IMG/VR virus record: IMGVR_UViG_3300012979_000036
Location: 1-64,000 of that record
Direction: 5' to 3' (one strand)
Source: a virus
Lineage: Duplodnaviria > Caudoviricetes
DNA length: 64,000 bases
Shown here: one piece after another, positions 9,795 through 19,364 of the stretch
Numbering within the stretch: the stretch's first letter is position 1
How the letters are laid out: every line of letters starts with the position of its first letter
Program-made: the position numbers and the translations under genes
The notes under the pieces: model-generated
Told to the model about the DNA's origin: nothing
The model's input: only the letters and a program-made list of their open reading frames with translations
Databases searched by the model: none

Positions 9795-10451
9795 ATGAAA
9801 AATGTATATGTAGTAGGAGAAGCAAAGCATTATGCTAATTTTATAACAGGTGTAAAACTTGTAGATACTTTGGAAAAAGCAGATATTGTTATTTTTACTG
9901 GTGGAGAAGATGTAGATCCTTCACTATATGGTGAAGAAAAGTATCAAGAGACTTTTTCAAATATAGAAAGAGATTTATATGAAAAATCTATATTTGAACA
10001 GATTAAACCTACTCAACTTGTAGTGGGTGTATGTCGTGGGTCTCAGTTTCTCTGTGTAATGAATGGGGGTAAATTAGTACAGCATTGTACTAATCATGGT
10101 ATTTGGGGTACACATCCTATATATTGTCCACATACAAATACTTTGTATGAAATTACATCTACTCATCATCAAATGCAGTATCCTTATAATCTTGATAAAA
10201 AAGATTATACAATATTAGCAATATCTCAGAATAACAGTTCTTATTGTTATGATGGAACAGGTATTGATGAAATGGAAATAGTTAGACATGGAGAACCTGA
10301 AATAGTATTATATCACAAAGAAGATACTCCTAGATGTATTGCTATTCAAGGTCATCCTGAATATATGAGAAAAGATGCTCCTGTAGTAAAGTATCTAAAT
10401 ACAATTATTAATGAAGAACTTAAAGAAATAAATAACTATGAGATTAAATAA
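9795..10451 (+). CDS. Class I glutamine amidotransferase / gamma-glutamyl hydrolase-like (Peptidase C26)
   Basis: TGGEDVDP oxyanion loop, GVCRGSQ nucleophile Cys, STHHQ, QGHPE (His-Glu of the triad). Confidence 0.92.
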   Translation: MKNVYVVGEAKHYANFITGVKLVDTLEKADIVIFTGGEDVDPSLYGEEKYQETFSNIERDLYEKSIFEQIKPTQLVVGVCRGSQFLCVMNGGKLVQHCTNHGIWGTHPIYCPHTNTLYEITSTHHQMQYPYNLDKKDYTILAISQNNSSYCYDGTGIDEMEIVRHGEPEIVLYHKEDTPRCIAIQGHPEYMRKDAPVVKYLNTIINEELKEINNYEIK

Positions 10452-11229
10452 CATTAAAGTAGGCGCAGATCCTGAACTTTTTATTATTAATAAGAATACT
10501 AATAAAGTAATATCTTCTATAGGCCTTATCCCTGGAGTAAAGGGAGAAGCCTATAGAGCACCAGATATGCCAAAAGGCTACGGATTACAGATAGATAATA
10601 TTTTAGCAGAATTCAATATTCCTGCTGTTAATAAAAAGGTAGATTTTATAAAAGCAATAACTTATATGCAGGATTATATTAGAGATTATGTTCAAAAAGT
10701 TAATCCTGAATTAGATATTCAATGTATTGCTTCTAGAGATGTAGATGAAGATCAACTTCAATCACCAGAAGCAAAACTATTTGGTTGTGATGTAAGTTAT
10801 AATGCTTATACAGAAGATGAGAATCCTAAACCAGACGGTGAAAGAGGCACACTTAGAAGTGCAGGATGTCATCTTCATATTTCATACAAAACACCTAACC
10901 CTGCAACATCTATTAAACTGATTAAATACTTGGATATGTATTTAGGAATTCCTTCAGTTATACTTGATCCAGATACTAAAAGAAGAACTCTTTATGGTAA
11001 AGCTGGAGACTTTAGGCTTAGGCATTATGGTTTAGAATACAGGTCATTAAGTAGTTATATGATGTCTTCTAAAGAACTTCTTACTTTTGTATGGGAAGGT
11101 TTAACAAAGGCTATAAAGGCTTATGAATTTAATTTACCTTTAATTGATTCTGATATAGTACAACATGTTATTAACAACAGTGATGTTGATAAAGCTAAAA
11201 TGTTGGTAAATGATTTTAATCTAATGTAA
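10438..11229 (+). CDS. phiEco32-like COOH-NH2 ligase type 2 (glutamine-synthetase-like fold)
   Basis: VGADPELF, DNILAEFN, FGCD, RSAGCHLH, R..YG.AG.FR and GLEYRSLS motifs. Confidence 0.9.
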   Translation: MRLNNIKVGADPELFIINKNTNKVISSIGLIPGVKGEAYRAPDMPKGYGLQIDNILAEFNIPAVNKKVDFIKAITYMQDYIRDYVQKVNPELDIQCIASRDVDEDQLQSPEAKLFGCDVSYNAYTEDENPKPDGERGTLRSAGCHLHISYKTPNPATSIKLIKYLDMYLGIPSVILDPDTKRRTLYGKAGDFRLRHYGLEYRSLSSYMMSSKELLTFVWEGLTKAIKAYEFNLPLIDSDIVQHVINNSDVDKAKMLVNDFNLM

Positions 11230-11231
11230 TT

Positions 11232-12614
11232 ATGTGTGGATTATTTGGCATTATTAATATAAAGAAATCTAAATTTGATAAAACCTTATTTAATGTTTTA
11301 GGTATTCAAAATGATTCCAGAGGAGGAGACTCCTGTGGAATCTTTATTGATGGTAAAACAGAGTATGGAGTAAATGACAAAAAATTATATTCAAAATTTT
11401 ATAAAACTAGTGAAGTTCTTAAAAATACAACAAAATGTAAAATTGCTTTAGGTCATTGTAGAAAAGCTTCAGTAGGTACAATAAACGAATCTACTGCTCA
11501 ACCTGTTGTTTTAAAAGATTCTGATGGTAATATAGAATTTGTAGTAATGCATAATGGTACTATATTTAATTATAAAGCATTAGCTCAGAAATATATACCA
11601 GATGTTGATATTACAAATTTAACAGACAGTCAAGTAATGGCTAGAATATTTTATCATAAAGGATATGACTGTCTTTCAGAATATTATGGAGGAGCAGTAT
11701 TTGTTATTGTAGACTATAGAAATAGAGATCCTAAAATAATGCTTTTTAAAGGTTGTTCTAAAAGCAATAGTTCATCTACAATACCTACAGAAGAAAGACC
11801 TTTTTATTTTGTACATTCAGATGATACTTTTATATTTTCTTCAATAGGTTCATTTCTAGCTGCTTCTACACCAGAAGAATCAGTTTGGACATTAAAACCA
11901 AATGAACTTATAGAAGTAAAGGGAGATGATATTTATATTGTTTCAGAACATCCAAGAGATAATGTTATGCAAACGCTTCCCAGTAATGTCTCTGCGGTCT
12001 ATTATAGAAACACATATGGATACTGTGATGACGACTTCTATGCTTGGGATAATTTCAATAAAAAACAAACTACTAAAGAAGTTGAAACTCCTTTTTCTTT
12101 AGAAGGTAAAACAATAAGAGTTACAACAGATGGTATTTATCATATTGACAATATACCAGCTCATGGTAAATTTATAATAGACTGTGATGGTAAGATATAT
12201 AATAATACAAAAGCTGGTACTAACTCTTATTGGTTTTGGGATGGTGTTTTGCTATATGGTAATGTAGAGTATATATACTTGCAAAATGCATGTAAACATT
12301 TTAGTTTATCTCATGAAGATATTAAATGGGTATGTCCTGAAATATTAAATTATTTAAGTCCTTATCCTATGTTAGATCCTGATTATATAGGAAATAATGA
12401 AGGAGATGTTTGGCTTAAATGTACTGATTTAAATACTTTCGTACCATATACAGGAAGTCTTCATAGACTTTTAGAAGGTAAATCTGAGTATTATAAAGAA
12501 GGACATTCAAATCATTCTATCTGGAAAGGTAAAACAGAAGCAGTGATTCGGTTTAATGACCTTTATAAGGCAAAAAAGATTAATTTTAGTCATCTTTATA
12601 AATTATTGAACTAA
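11232..12614 (+). CDS. Class II (Ntn) glutamine amidotransferase with an unrecognised C-terminal extension
   Basis: N-terminal MCGLFG, RGGDSCG, GHCRKAS, HNGTI and DSQ motifs. Confidence 0.92.
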   Translation: MCGLFGIINIKKSKFDKTLFNVLGIQNDSRGGDSCGIFIDGKTEYGVNDKKLYSKFYKTSEVLKNTTKCKIALGHCRKASVGTINESTAQPVVLKDSDGNIEFVVMHNGTIFNYKALAQKYIPDVDITNLTDSQVMARIFYHKGYDCLSEYYGGAVFVIVDYRNRDPKIMLFKGCSKSNSSSTIPTEERPFYFVHSDDTFIFSSIGSFLAASTPEESVWTLKPNELIEVKGDDIYIVSEHPRDNVMQTLPSNVSAVYYRNTYGYCDDDFYAWDNFNKKQTTKEVETPFSLEGKTIRVTTDGIYHIDNIPAHGKFIIDCDGKIYNNTKAGTNSYWFWDGVLLYGNVEYIYLQNACKHFSLSHEDIKWVCPEILNYLSPYPMLDPDYIGNNEGDVWLKCTDLNTFVPYTGSLHRLLEGKSEYYKEGHSNHSIWKGKTEAVIRFNDLYKAKKINFSHLYKLLN

Positions 12615-13888
12615 TGATTGTAGTTAACGAACAAACAAGAAAAAGAACTCATCTTTTCAAAACAATTAGAGGAATTGTTTATAAAGATGATAATTATATA
12701 GAATTTGGATATTTTATTCCTACTATTGATACTCTTATAACAGAATATAATGGTAAAATGTATTATGACATTAGAAAAGATTTAAAAGTAATGGAGGTTT
12801 TTTCAAAATTAGAAGGAACTAAAAAGTGTTTTCTAGAAGGCGATACTGCTAATATAGAAACACATTTAAATGTATTTGGAAATGGTAGATTTCCATATTT
12901 TATAGCAAGAGAATATGAAGCAGAACATTACATTGATATGTTTGAAGAAAAAGTAGAAGAGCAGTCTTCTATAAATTATCCTTATTCTAAAGATGTAAAA
13001 TATTCTTTTGGTATAGAGTTTGAAACAGCTGCAGGTTATTTACCTGAAAATAAATGTTTCGATTTAGGTCTTATTCCTCTTAGAGATGGTTCTATTAGTG
13101 GTATAGAATATTCTACAATTCCTCTTTATGGTAATGAAGGTTTAAATCTTTTGAAGAGACAACTTGATTGTTTAAAAGAATATACTTATACTAATAAAGA
13201 GTGTTCTACACATATTCATTTTGGAGGTTATCCTGTAGAAGAAAAAGCTATTTATATTTTATATAAATTGTGGTATTATATGCAATATAATATATTAGAT
13301 TATATTCCAACTTGGAGTTATTCTACTGGTAATTTTAAGAAGAATGAAAAGAACTATTGTGATACTGTTCCTGACTTTGATGATTTCAAAAATTTATATA
13401 GATTTTATGCTTGTCAGAGTTATATGGGAGATTTGTATCAACCTCATCCATGTGATATAGAAAAAAGAGCTAAATGGAATATTAAAACCAGATATTATAA
13501 CTGCAATTTTATAAATATGTTGTGTTATAATGCTGCTAAAACAGTAGAATTTAGATTTCTTACTCCTACATATAGTTTTGAAAAACTATCGACATTCATT
13601 TTGATGTTTAATGCTATCTTGAAAAAAGCAGAAAGTATTTATAAAGAATATAAAGATAAATCTTATACTGCTATTAATGGTTATTTTTATACTAAATATG
13701 ATGAAGGTTTGTTAGATATAAAACACATAGTTAAAGAAGTGTGTGACAACACTACTTCTGATTATGTATTAAATAATATGAAGAAGCTTATTTGGCTAAA
13801 ACAAACACAACAAAATGTAGGAGATTATAATGGTGGCAGATTAGACATAGAAAATAGATATTTTCCAGATGGAAAACAAGAAAATTAA
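12614..13888 (+). CDS. Putative amidoligase (Amidoligase_2-like)
   Basis: FGIEFET, RDGSI..IEY, CSTHIHFG and KTVEFR motifs. Confidence 0.88.
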   Translation: MIVVNEQTRKRTHLFKTIRGIVYKDDNYIEFGYFIPTIDTLITEYNGKMYYDIRKDLKVMEVFSKLEGTKKCFLEGDTANIETHLNVFGNGRFPYFIAREYEAEHYIDMFEEKVEEQSSINYPYSKDVKYSFGIEFETAAGYLPENKCFDLGLIPLRDGSISGIEYSTIPLYGNEGLNLLKRQLDCLKEYTYTNKECSTHIHFGGYPVEEKAIYILYKLWYYMQYNILDYIPTWSYSTGNFKKNEKNYCDTVPDFDDFKNLYRFYACQSYMGDLYQPHPCDIEKRAKWNIKTRYYNCNFINMLCYNAAKTVEFRFLTPTYSFEKLSTFILMFNAILKKAESIYKEYKDKSYTAINGYFYTKYDEGLLDIKHIVKEVCDNTTSDYVLNNMKKLIWLKQTQQNVGDYNGGRLDIENRYFPDGKQEN

Positions 13889-14330
13889 AAATGCTCAACA
13901 AAAAGAATACAATGGAATAAAATTTAAATCTCTCACTGAAGTAATGGTATATAAAACATTACTTCAGGAGGGATTTGAACCATTTTATGAAGGGACTAAA
14001 TATGTAATATGGCAAGGTTTTAAACCAGAAATACCTTTTTACAAACCTGATAAAAAAACTAAAAATTTAGTATTACAAACTTCAAAAATAAAAGATATTA
14101 CATATACTCCTGATTTTGTGTTTATGGCTCCAGATAATAAAACTGTTATTATATTTGAAGTTAAAGGACACGAAAACGATTGTTACCCTATGAAAGAAAA
14201 AATGTTTAGAGCTAAATTAGAAAGATTATTAAAAGAAAATAATCAACCTACAATGTTTTTTAAAATAGGAACTAAAAAACAATGTTTAGAAGCAATTAAT
14301 ATTATAAAAGAATATTGCTATGAAAATTAG
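13869..14330 (+). CDS. PD-(D/E)XK endonuclease, possible Holliday junction resolvase
   Basis: FKSLTE, YTPDFV and FEVKG motifs. Confidence 0.82.
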   Translation: MENKKIKNAQQKEYNGIKFKSLTEVMVYKTLLQEGFEPFYEGTKYVIWQGFKPEIPFYKPDKKTKNLVLQTSKIKDITYTPDFVFMAPDNKTVIIFEVKGHENDCYPMKEKMFRAKLERLLKENNQPTMFFKIGTKKQCLEAINIIKEYCYEN

Positions 14331-14640
14331 TCCTGTAAAAATTATTACAGCTTTGTGTAAATATCTTCCTGAAAAGGATAAATTTTATGCAGATGCTTTT
14401 ATTATTAGAAGAGATTTTACATCTTTAAGAGATTTGGTTGAATCTGATATACGAAAAGTAGAAAAGAATTTAACTAAAGAAAACCCAAAAGAAGAATTAT
14501 TAGATATACAAATAGATAAATTAAGAACTCTTCTTAACAAAATTGATGAGTACTTAATTCTTTTAGGAGAAGATTTAACTCAATTTGTAAGTGAAGAAGA
14601 TTTCAATGAAGAAGCAGAAAATTATGCAGATGATTGGTAA
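14320..14640 (+). CDS. Hypothetical protein
   Basis: 106-aa ORF with an acidic C-terminus. Confidence 0.7.
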   Translation: MKISPVKIITALCKYLPEKDKFYADAFIIRRDFTSLRDLVESDIRKVEKNLTKENPKEELLDIQIDKLRTLLNKIDEYLILLGEDLTQFVSEEDFNEEAENYADDW

Positions 14641-14651
14641 AAAGAGTTTAA

Positions 14652-14750
14652 AAAATATATGGATTTAGTGTGTCTAATATAAATAAATATGTTAATGGTA
14701 AACAAAAACATCATAAAAAATATATATGGAAGTACAAAGAAAAAGTTTAA
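14652..14750 (+). pseudogene. Remnant of a NUMOD1-type DNA-binding tail of a lost homing endonuclease
   Basis: Start-less frame KIYGFSVSNINKYVNGKQKHHKKYIWKYKEKV*, preceded by an in-frame TAA (14649-51). It resembles the C-termini of the HNH and GIY-YIG genes in this window. Confidence 0.6.
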
Positions 14751-15466
14751 AAACATTAGCATTAAATATTACAGAAGAAGAGTATCGTGCAGATCCAGCA
14801 TATAGTTATTCAACACTTGCTAAATTTGATAGAGAAGGCTTTGAAAAGATTGATACTTTATTTGATAGAGTTGAAAGTCCATCTTTGTTATTTGGTAGCT
14901 GTGTAGATACTCTTCTTACTGATGGTCAAGAAGCATTTGATGCTAGATTTTTTGTTGCAGATTTTCCTGAAATGACAGATAATATTAAAAAGATTGTAGA
15001 TTCTGTATTTAAAGCACATGGTGAAGAATATACTTCTTTAGATAAAATACCAGATGCTCTTATTATAACAGTTACTGAAATGCTTGATTATCAAAAGAAC
15101 TGGAGACCAGAAACTAGAGCAAAAGTAATTAGAGAAAAAGGTTCTGAATATTATAATCTTCTTTATCTTGCTGGAGATAAAACTGTTATTACATCAAGTT
15201 TTTATGCAGATGTTTTGGCTTGTATTGAAGAATTAAAAACTTCAGAAGCAACTAAATGGTATTTTCAAGATGATGATCCTTTTGATGACAATATTGAAAG
15301 ACTATATCAGCTTAAATTTAAAGGAGAATATGAAGATATTAATCTTCGTATTATGATGGATTTAGCAGTTGTTGATCATAAAAATAAGATTATATATCCT
15401 TGTGATTTAAAAACATCTTATAAAGAAGAGTATAATTTCTTTAAATCCTTTATTGATTGGAGATAT
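14726..15466 (+). CDS. PD-(D/E)XK exonuclease (RecB/Cas4-like), exon 1 of 2
   Basis: SYSTL, MDLAVVD and CDLKTS motifs. Joining to exon 2 restores W-R-Y|N-I-Q-A-Q-L-Y-W; the spliced protein is 351 aa. Confidence 0.88.
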
Positions 15467-15530
15467 AAACAAATTAATTATATATCGTAATAAACTTATA
15501 AATAACAGTAATATTACCAAATATTATTCT

Positions 15531-15538
15531 TATTTTTG
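15531..15538 (+). promoter_or_regulatory. Bacteroidota -7 promoter element (TAnnTTTG) inside the intron, upstream of the LAGLIDADG ORF
   Basis: TATTTTTG ends 24 nt before ATG 15563; no clear -33 TTTG. Confidence 0.45.
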
Positions 15539-15562
15539 TATAAATAATTAAAATTTATACAA

Positions 15563-16456
15563 ATGGATAAGAGAAAATTAAATCGAAAAGTTTTTAAAAT
15601 TTCTGATGAAGAAATTAAAAGAATGTATTTAGAAGGAAATAGTATGAGTGCTATTGCGAAAGTAGCACAAGACACTAAAGGATTAATGGCACTTCGTAAT
15701 AAACTTCATGATTTAGGAGTTGATACTACTAAAAATATAAAACGTTACTCCTCGAAATTCTCAAAAGCGTTTAAAAAATATGATTTAGATGAGCATATTT
15801 TTGACACTGTTGATACGGAAGAAAAAGCCTATTGGCTAGGATTCTTATACGCTGATGGTTACAATCATGAAAGTAAAACTTGTATTTCTTTAAGACTGCA
15901 ATACAGTGATATTGAAATTTTAGAAAAATTTAAAAGTTTCTTAAAAACTAATGTTCCTATTTATAAATGGACTAGAACTACACAAGTTAATAAAATTGAA
16001 AAAGATTATTGTGAAGTTAATATTTGTTCAGTGTATTTAAGCCAACAATTAGCTAAATTAGGCTGTGTACAAGGTAAAACTTATACTCTTGAATTTCCAG
16101 ATTTTTTAGATAAAAATTTATATAATCATTTTCTAAGAGGTTATTTTGACGGAGATGGTTGTATAAGTGTTAAAGATAGACTTAATCGTAGAAAAAGAAA
16201 TGGTAACTGTATGAACTATCAAGCCAATATTACAGGAAGATATGAGTTTATACAAGAATGTGAGAAAATTATTTCAAAAAATACTAATATACCATTGGGT
16301 AAAATACAAAAATTTAAAAATAATTTTGCAGTGTCCATTCATTATAGCGGAAAATATCAAGTAACTAAACTTCTAAATTATTTATATAACAATGCTACTA
16401 TTTATTTACAAAGAAAATACGATATATACAAAGAATATTGTATCTCGGCAGAGTAA
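15563..16456 (+). CDS. Intron-encoded double-motif LAGLIDADG homing endonuclease
   Basis: WLGFLYADG and FLRGYFDGDG motifs, with an N-terminal HTH-like segment. Confidence 0.92.
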   Translation: MDKRKLNRKVFKISDEEIKRMYLEGNSMSAIAKVAQDTKGLMALRNKLHDLGVDTTKNIKRYSSKFSKAFKKYDLDEHIFDTVDTEEKAYWLGFLYADGYNHESKTCISLRLQYSDIEILEKFKSFLKTNVPIYKWTRTTQVNKIEKDYCEVNICSVYLSQQLAKLGCVQGKTYTLEFPDFLDKNLYNHFLRGYFDGDGCISVKDRLNRRKRNGNCMNYQANITGRYEFIQECEKIISKNTNIPLGKIQKFKNNFAVSIHYSGKYQVTKLLNYLYNNATIYLQRKYDIYKEYCISAE

Positions 16457-16683
16457 TCTGTAATAATAAAAAACTTCGTGAATTCAGAGAAACTCCTTAT
16501 AGGACAACTCTGAGCCAAGCCTCAATGAGGAAGGTGCAACGACTATTCCGAAAGGAAGTACATTCAAGTGAATGGAAGCGCGAAGCCCCTATTTAGGGTG
16601 ATGATATAGTCTAATCTGCGTGGTAACATGCAGCAGTTCATAAGAGAACGCATATAAATTAACGACTTATATGGAATACAACG

Positions 16684-16998
16684 AATATTCAAGCTCAATT
16701 ATATTGGGAGATATTAAGACAAAATCTTAATAAAGATCCTTATTTTAAGGACTTTAAATTAGCAGATTATAGGTTTATTGTTGTTTGTAACAGAACTAGA
16801 AATCCTCTTGTATGGGAATACTATGATACTACAAGAGAAACTGATATGGTTTATGGTAAAGACAGACAAATTAAACTTAGAAATTGGAGAAGAATAGTTA
16901 AAGATTTAAATTATTATTTAACTCAGACTCCTAAAGTACCTATTGGAATTAATGTAGAAGGTACAAACGATATAATTCATTGGTTAAACAATTATTAA
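16684..16998 (+). CDS. PD-(D/E)XK exonuclease, exon 2 of 2 (missed by ORF track)
   Basis: NIQAQLYWEILRQNLNKDPYFKDFKLADYRFIVV...IIHWLNNY*; the stop is 1 nt before the nrdD ATG. Confidence 0.88.
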   Translation, partial: NIQAQLYWEILRQNLNKDPYFKDFKLADYRFIVVCNRTRNPLVWEYYDTTRETDMVYGKDRQIKLRNWRRIVKDLNYYLTQTPKVPIGINVEGTNDIIHWLNNY

Positions 16999-16999
16999 T

Positions 17000-19180
17000 A
17001 TGAATACTAGAAGTGAAGTTGTAAAGAGAGATGGAAGTATAGTACCATATCAACCTGAAAAGGTAAGAAAAGCACTTGAATCAGCATTTAGAAGTACTGG
17101 TATTGAACCTTGTACAGTAAATATTGATTACATCGTAACCATTATTTCTAATATGTTTGAAAGAACTAACCCTATTCCAGTAGAAGATATTCAAGATTTT
17201 ATAGAATATCATTTAATGAAAGATGGTTGGTTTGATACTGCTAAAGCATTTATACTTTATAGAGAAAAACATAAACATATTAGAGAATTTGCACAAAAGA
17301 AAATTGATTTTATTAATAATTATGCAAAAAGTGATAATACTGCAGATGCTACTATAGATGACAATAGCAATGTAAGTAATCATAATGTAGCCGTTCTTAA
17401 TGCTGAAATTCATAAAGAAGACAATGTAGCTATTAATCTTAAAATACTTGAGAATAAACTTAAATCTTTATATCCAGATTTTGATGCTACACAAATGTAT
17501 AAAGATTTTAATACTACAATGTATTTGCACGATTCATCAAGCCAGATTGGTATGCCTTATTGTGTAGCAATTAGTTTATACCCTTTCTTACTTAATGGTA
17601 TTAAAGATTTAGGAGGTTTATCAGCAGCGCCTAAAAATCTTGATAGTTTTTGTGGTATGTTCGTAAACCTTGTATTTGCTGTAGCGGCCCAATATAAAGG
17701 AGCTGTAGCAACACCAGGATTTTTCTTATGTATGGATTGGTTCTGTAGAAAAGAATGGGGAGATGATTACCATCTTAATAAAGATAGGTGTATTTCTCAA
17801 TTTACTAATAGAACAATTACTATACAAAAGCAAGTACATCAATATTTCCAACAAGTAACATATTCAATCAATCAGCCTTCAGCTGCAAGAGGTGCTCAAA
17901 GTGTTTTTTGGAATGTTTCAATATTTGATAAAGCATTTTATGAAACAATGTATGGAGATTTTAAATTCCCAGATGCATCTTCTCCTAATTGGGAATCCTT
18001 CAATTGGCTACAGAAAGAATATCTCCATTGGTTAAATCAAGAGAGACTTAAATGTATATTGACTTTTCCTGTTGTTTCAACGGCTCTTATTTATAAAAAT
18101 AATAAATTTGTAGATGAGGATTTATATAAATACGTTTGTAAAGAATATGAACAAGGTAATTCATTTTTTACCTATATAAGTGATTCTGCTGATAGTTTAT
18201 CATCTTGTTGTAGACTTTCTTCTAAAATAGAGAAACCACAATTTAATTTTACTAATGGTCAACTTGGTGAAATGACTGGAAGTAAAAATGTTATCACTCT
18301 TAATTTAAATAGAATTGTTCAAGACTATTGTAAACTAGCAAAATATAAGAAAGATTGTTTACTCAAAGATGATATAAATATTTGGTCAGAAGGATTTAAA
18401 GAATTTCTTAAAGAAATTCTTGAGAAAGTGTATAAATATCAAACTGCTTATAACGAATGTCTTTATGAACTATTTGAAGCAGGAATGTTACCAGTATATT
18501 CCGCAGGTTTTATTAATTTAAAGAAACAGTATCTTACAATAGGTATTAATGGTCTTAATCAAGCTGCAGAATTTCTTGGATTTAATTGTAATAAAAATAA
18601 AGAATATAAAGATTTTTGTAATTTAGTATTTACTACAATTAAAGAAGAGAATTCTAAACATAAGACCAAAAAAGAGATGTTTAATACTGAATTTACTCCT
18701 TGTGAATCTGCATCAATAAAACTATATAATAGAGATAAAAAAGACGGATACTGGGTTCCAGATGATACTAACTTATATGCTAGTTATATTTTTAAACCTA
18801 ATGATACTGAAATATCTGTATTAGACAAACTTTACTTACATGGTGCTGATTTTTGTGGAGACAATCTTGACGGAGGTTCAGCTGCTCACATTGGATTAGA
18901 AGAACATTTAAACGCGTCTCAATATGAAAAACTTATCAAATATGCAGCAGAAATAGGTTGTAAATACTTTACATTTAACGTACCTAATTGTGAATGTGAA
19001 GATTGTGGGTTTATAGCTAAACAACCTTTTACAACTTGTCCTAAATGTAATAGTATAAATGTTAGTCTTTGGGATAGAGTTATTGGATATTTAACTAAAA
19101 TTAAAAACTGGTCTAAAGGTAGAAGAATTGAACAAAAAACAAGAGTGTATCATGGTAGACATACAGTATATTCAGAATAA
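17000..19180 (+). CDS. nrdD: Class III anaerobic ribonucleoside-triphosphate reductase with N-terminal ATP cone
   Basis: VVKRDG cone, PYCVA, finger loop SSCCRL, CEDC/CPKC Zn site, glycyl-radical loop RVIGYL. Confidence 0.95.
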   Translation: MNTRSEVVKRDGSIVPYQPEKVRKALESAFRSTGIEPCTVNIDYIVTIISNMFERTNPIPVEDIQDFIEYHLMKDGWFDTAKAFILYREKHKHIREFAQKKIDFINNYAKSDNTADATIDDNSNVSNHNVAVLNAEIHKEDNVAINLKILENKLKSLYPDFDATQMYKDFNTTMYLHDSSSQIGMPYCVAISLYPFLLNGIKDLGGLSAAPKNLDSFCGMFVNLVFAVAAQYKGAVATPGFFLCMDWFCRKEWGDDYHLNKDRCISQFTNRTITIQKQVHQYFQQVTYSINQPSAARGAQSVFWNVSIFDKAFYETMYGDFKFPDASSPNWESFNWLQKEYLHWLNQERLKCILTFPVVSTALIYKNNKFVDEDLYKYVCKEYEQGNSFFTYISDSADSLSSCCRLSSKIEKPQFNFTNGQLGEMTGSKNVITLNLNRIVQDYCKLAKYKKDCLLKDDINIWSEGFKEFLKEILEKVYKYQTAYNECLYELFEAGMLPVYSAGFINLKKQYLTIGINGLNQAAEFLGFNCNKNKEYKDFCNLVFTTIKEENSKHKTKKEMFNTEFTPCESASIKLYNRDKKDGYWVPDDTNLYASYIFKPNDTEISVLDKLYLHGADFCGDNLDGGSAAHIGLEEHLNASQYEKLIKYAAEIGCKYFTFNVPNCECEDCGFIAKQPFTTCPKCNSINVSLWDRVIGYLTKIKNWSKGRRIEQKTRVYHGRHTVYSE

Positions 19181-19364
19181 TATTAAAGAAGGATTTCAAC
19201 TTAATCCTAATGAAAAAGTAGTTAATGCTATTATCAAAGGTATTAATAGATGTGATGGAGATTGTCCTTGTAATAATTCATCAGATGAGATTAAATGCCC
19301 TTGTAGTAATTATCGTTTAAAAGATATGTGTTGTTGCGGATTATATGTTAAAATACCACAGTAA
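19152..19364 (+). CDS. Ferredoxin-thioredoxin reductase catalytic-subunit-like Fe-S protein (start probably 19152)
   Basis: GFQLNPN...GDCPC...KCPC...MCCCGLY matches the FTR CPC/CPC/CxC spacing. Confidence 0.8.
   Translation: MVDIQYIQNNIKEGFQLNPNEKVVNAIIKGINRCDGDCPCNNSSDEIKCPCSNYRLKDMCCCGLYVKIPQ

Larger units (their letters stand above)
15467..16683 (+). mobile_element. Group I intron (IA2-like) with LAGLIDADG ORF in the P1 loop
   Basis: Exon ends in U (GAGAUAU) and the intron ends in G. IGS GUAUCUC (16440-46) pairs with the exon end, with the U-G wobble. P10 GAAUAUU (16433-39) pairs with 3' exon AAUAUUC. Core elements GTGAATTCAGAG, CTCTGAGCCAAGC, CAACGACTA, GATATAGTC and a P9 GUAA hairpin are present. 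Confidence 0.93.

Noticed and set aside
8263-13888. Ligase cluster as a PurZ/2-aminoadenine or other base-modification pathway
   Set aside because: No adenylosuccinate-synthetase-like, preQ or glycosyltransferase genes are visible, and ThyX plus dUTPase indicate ordinary dTTP. It is not formally excluded without base analysis of the DNA.
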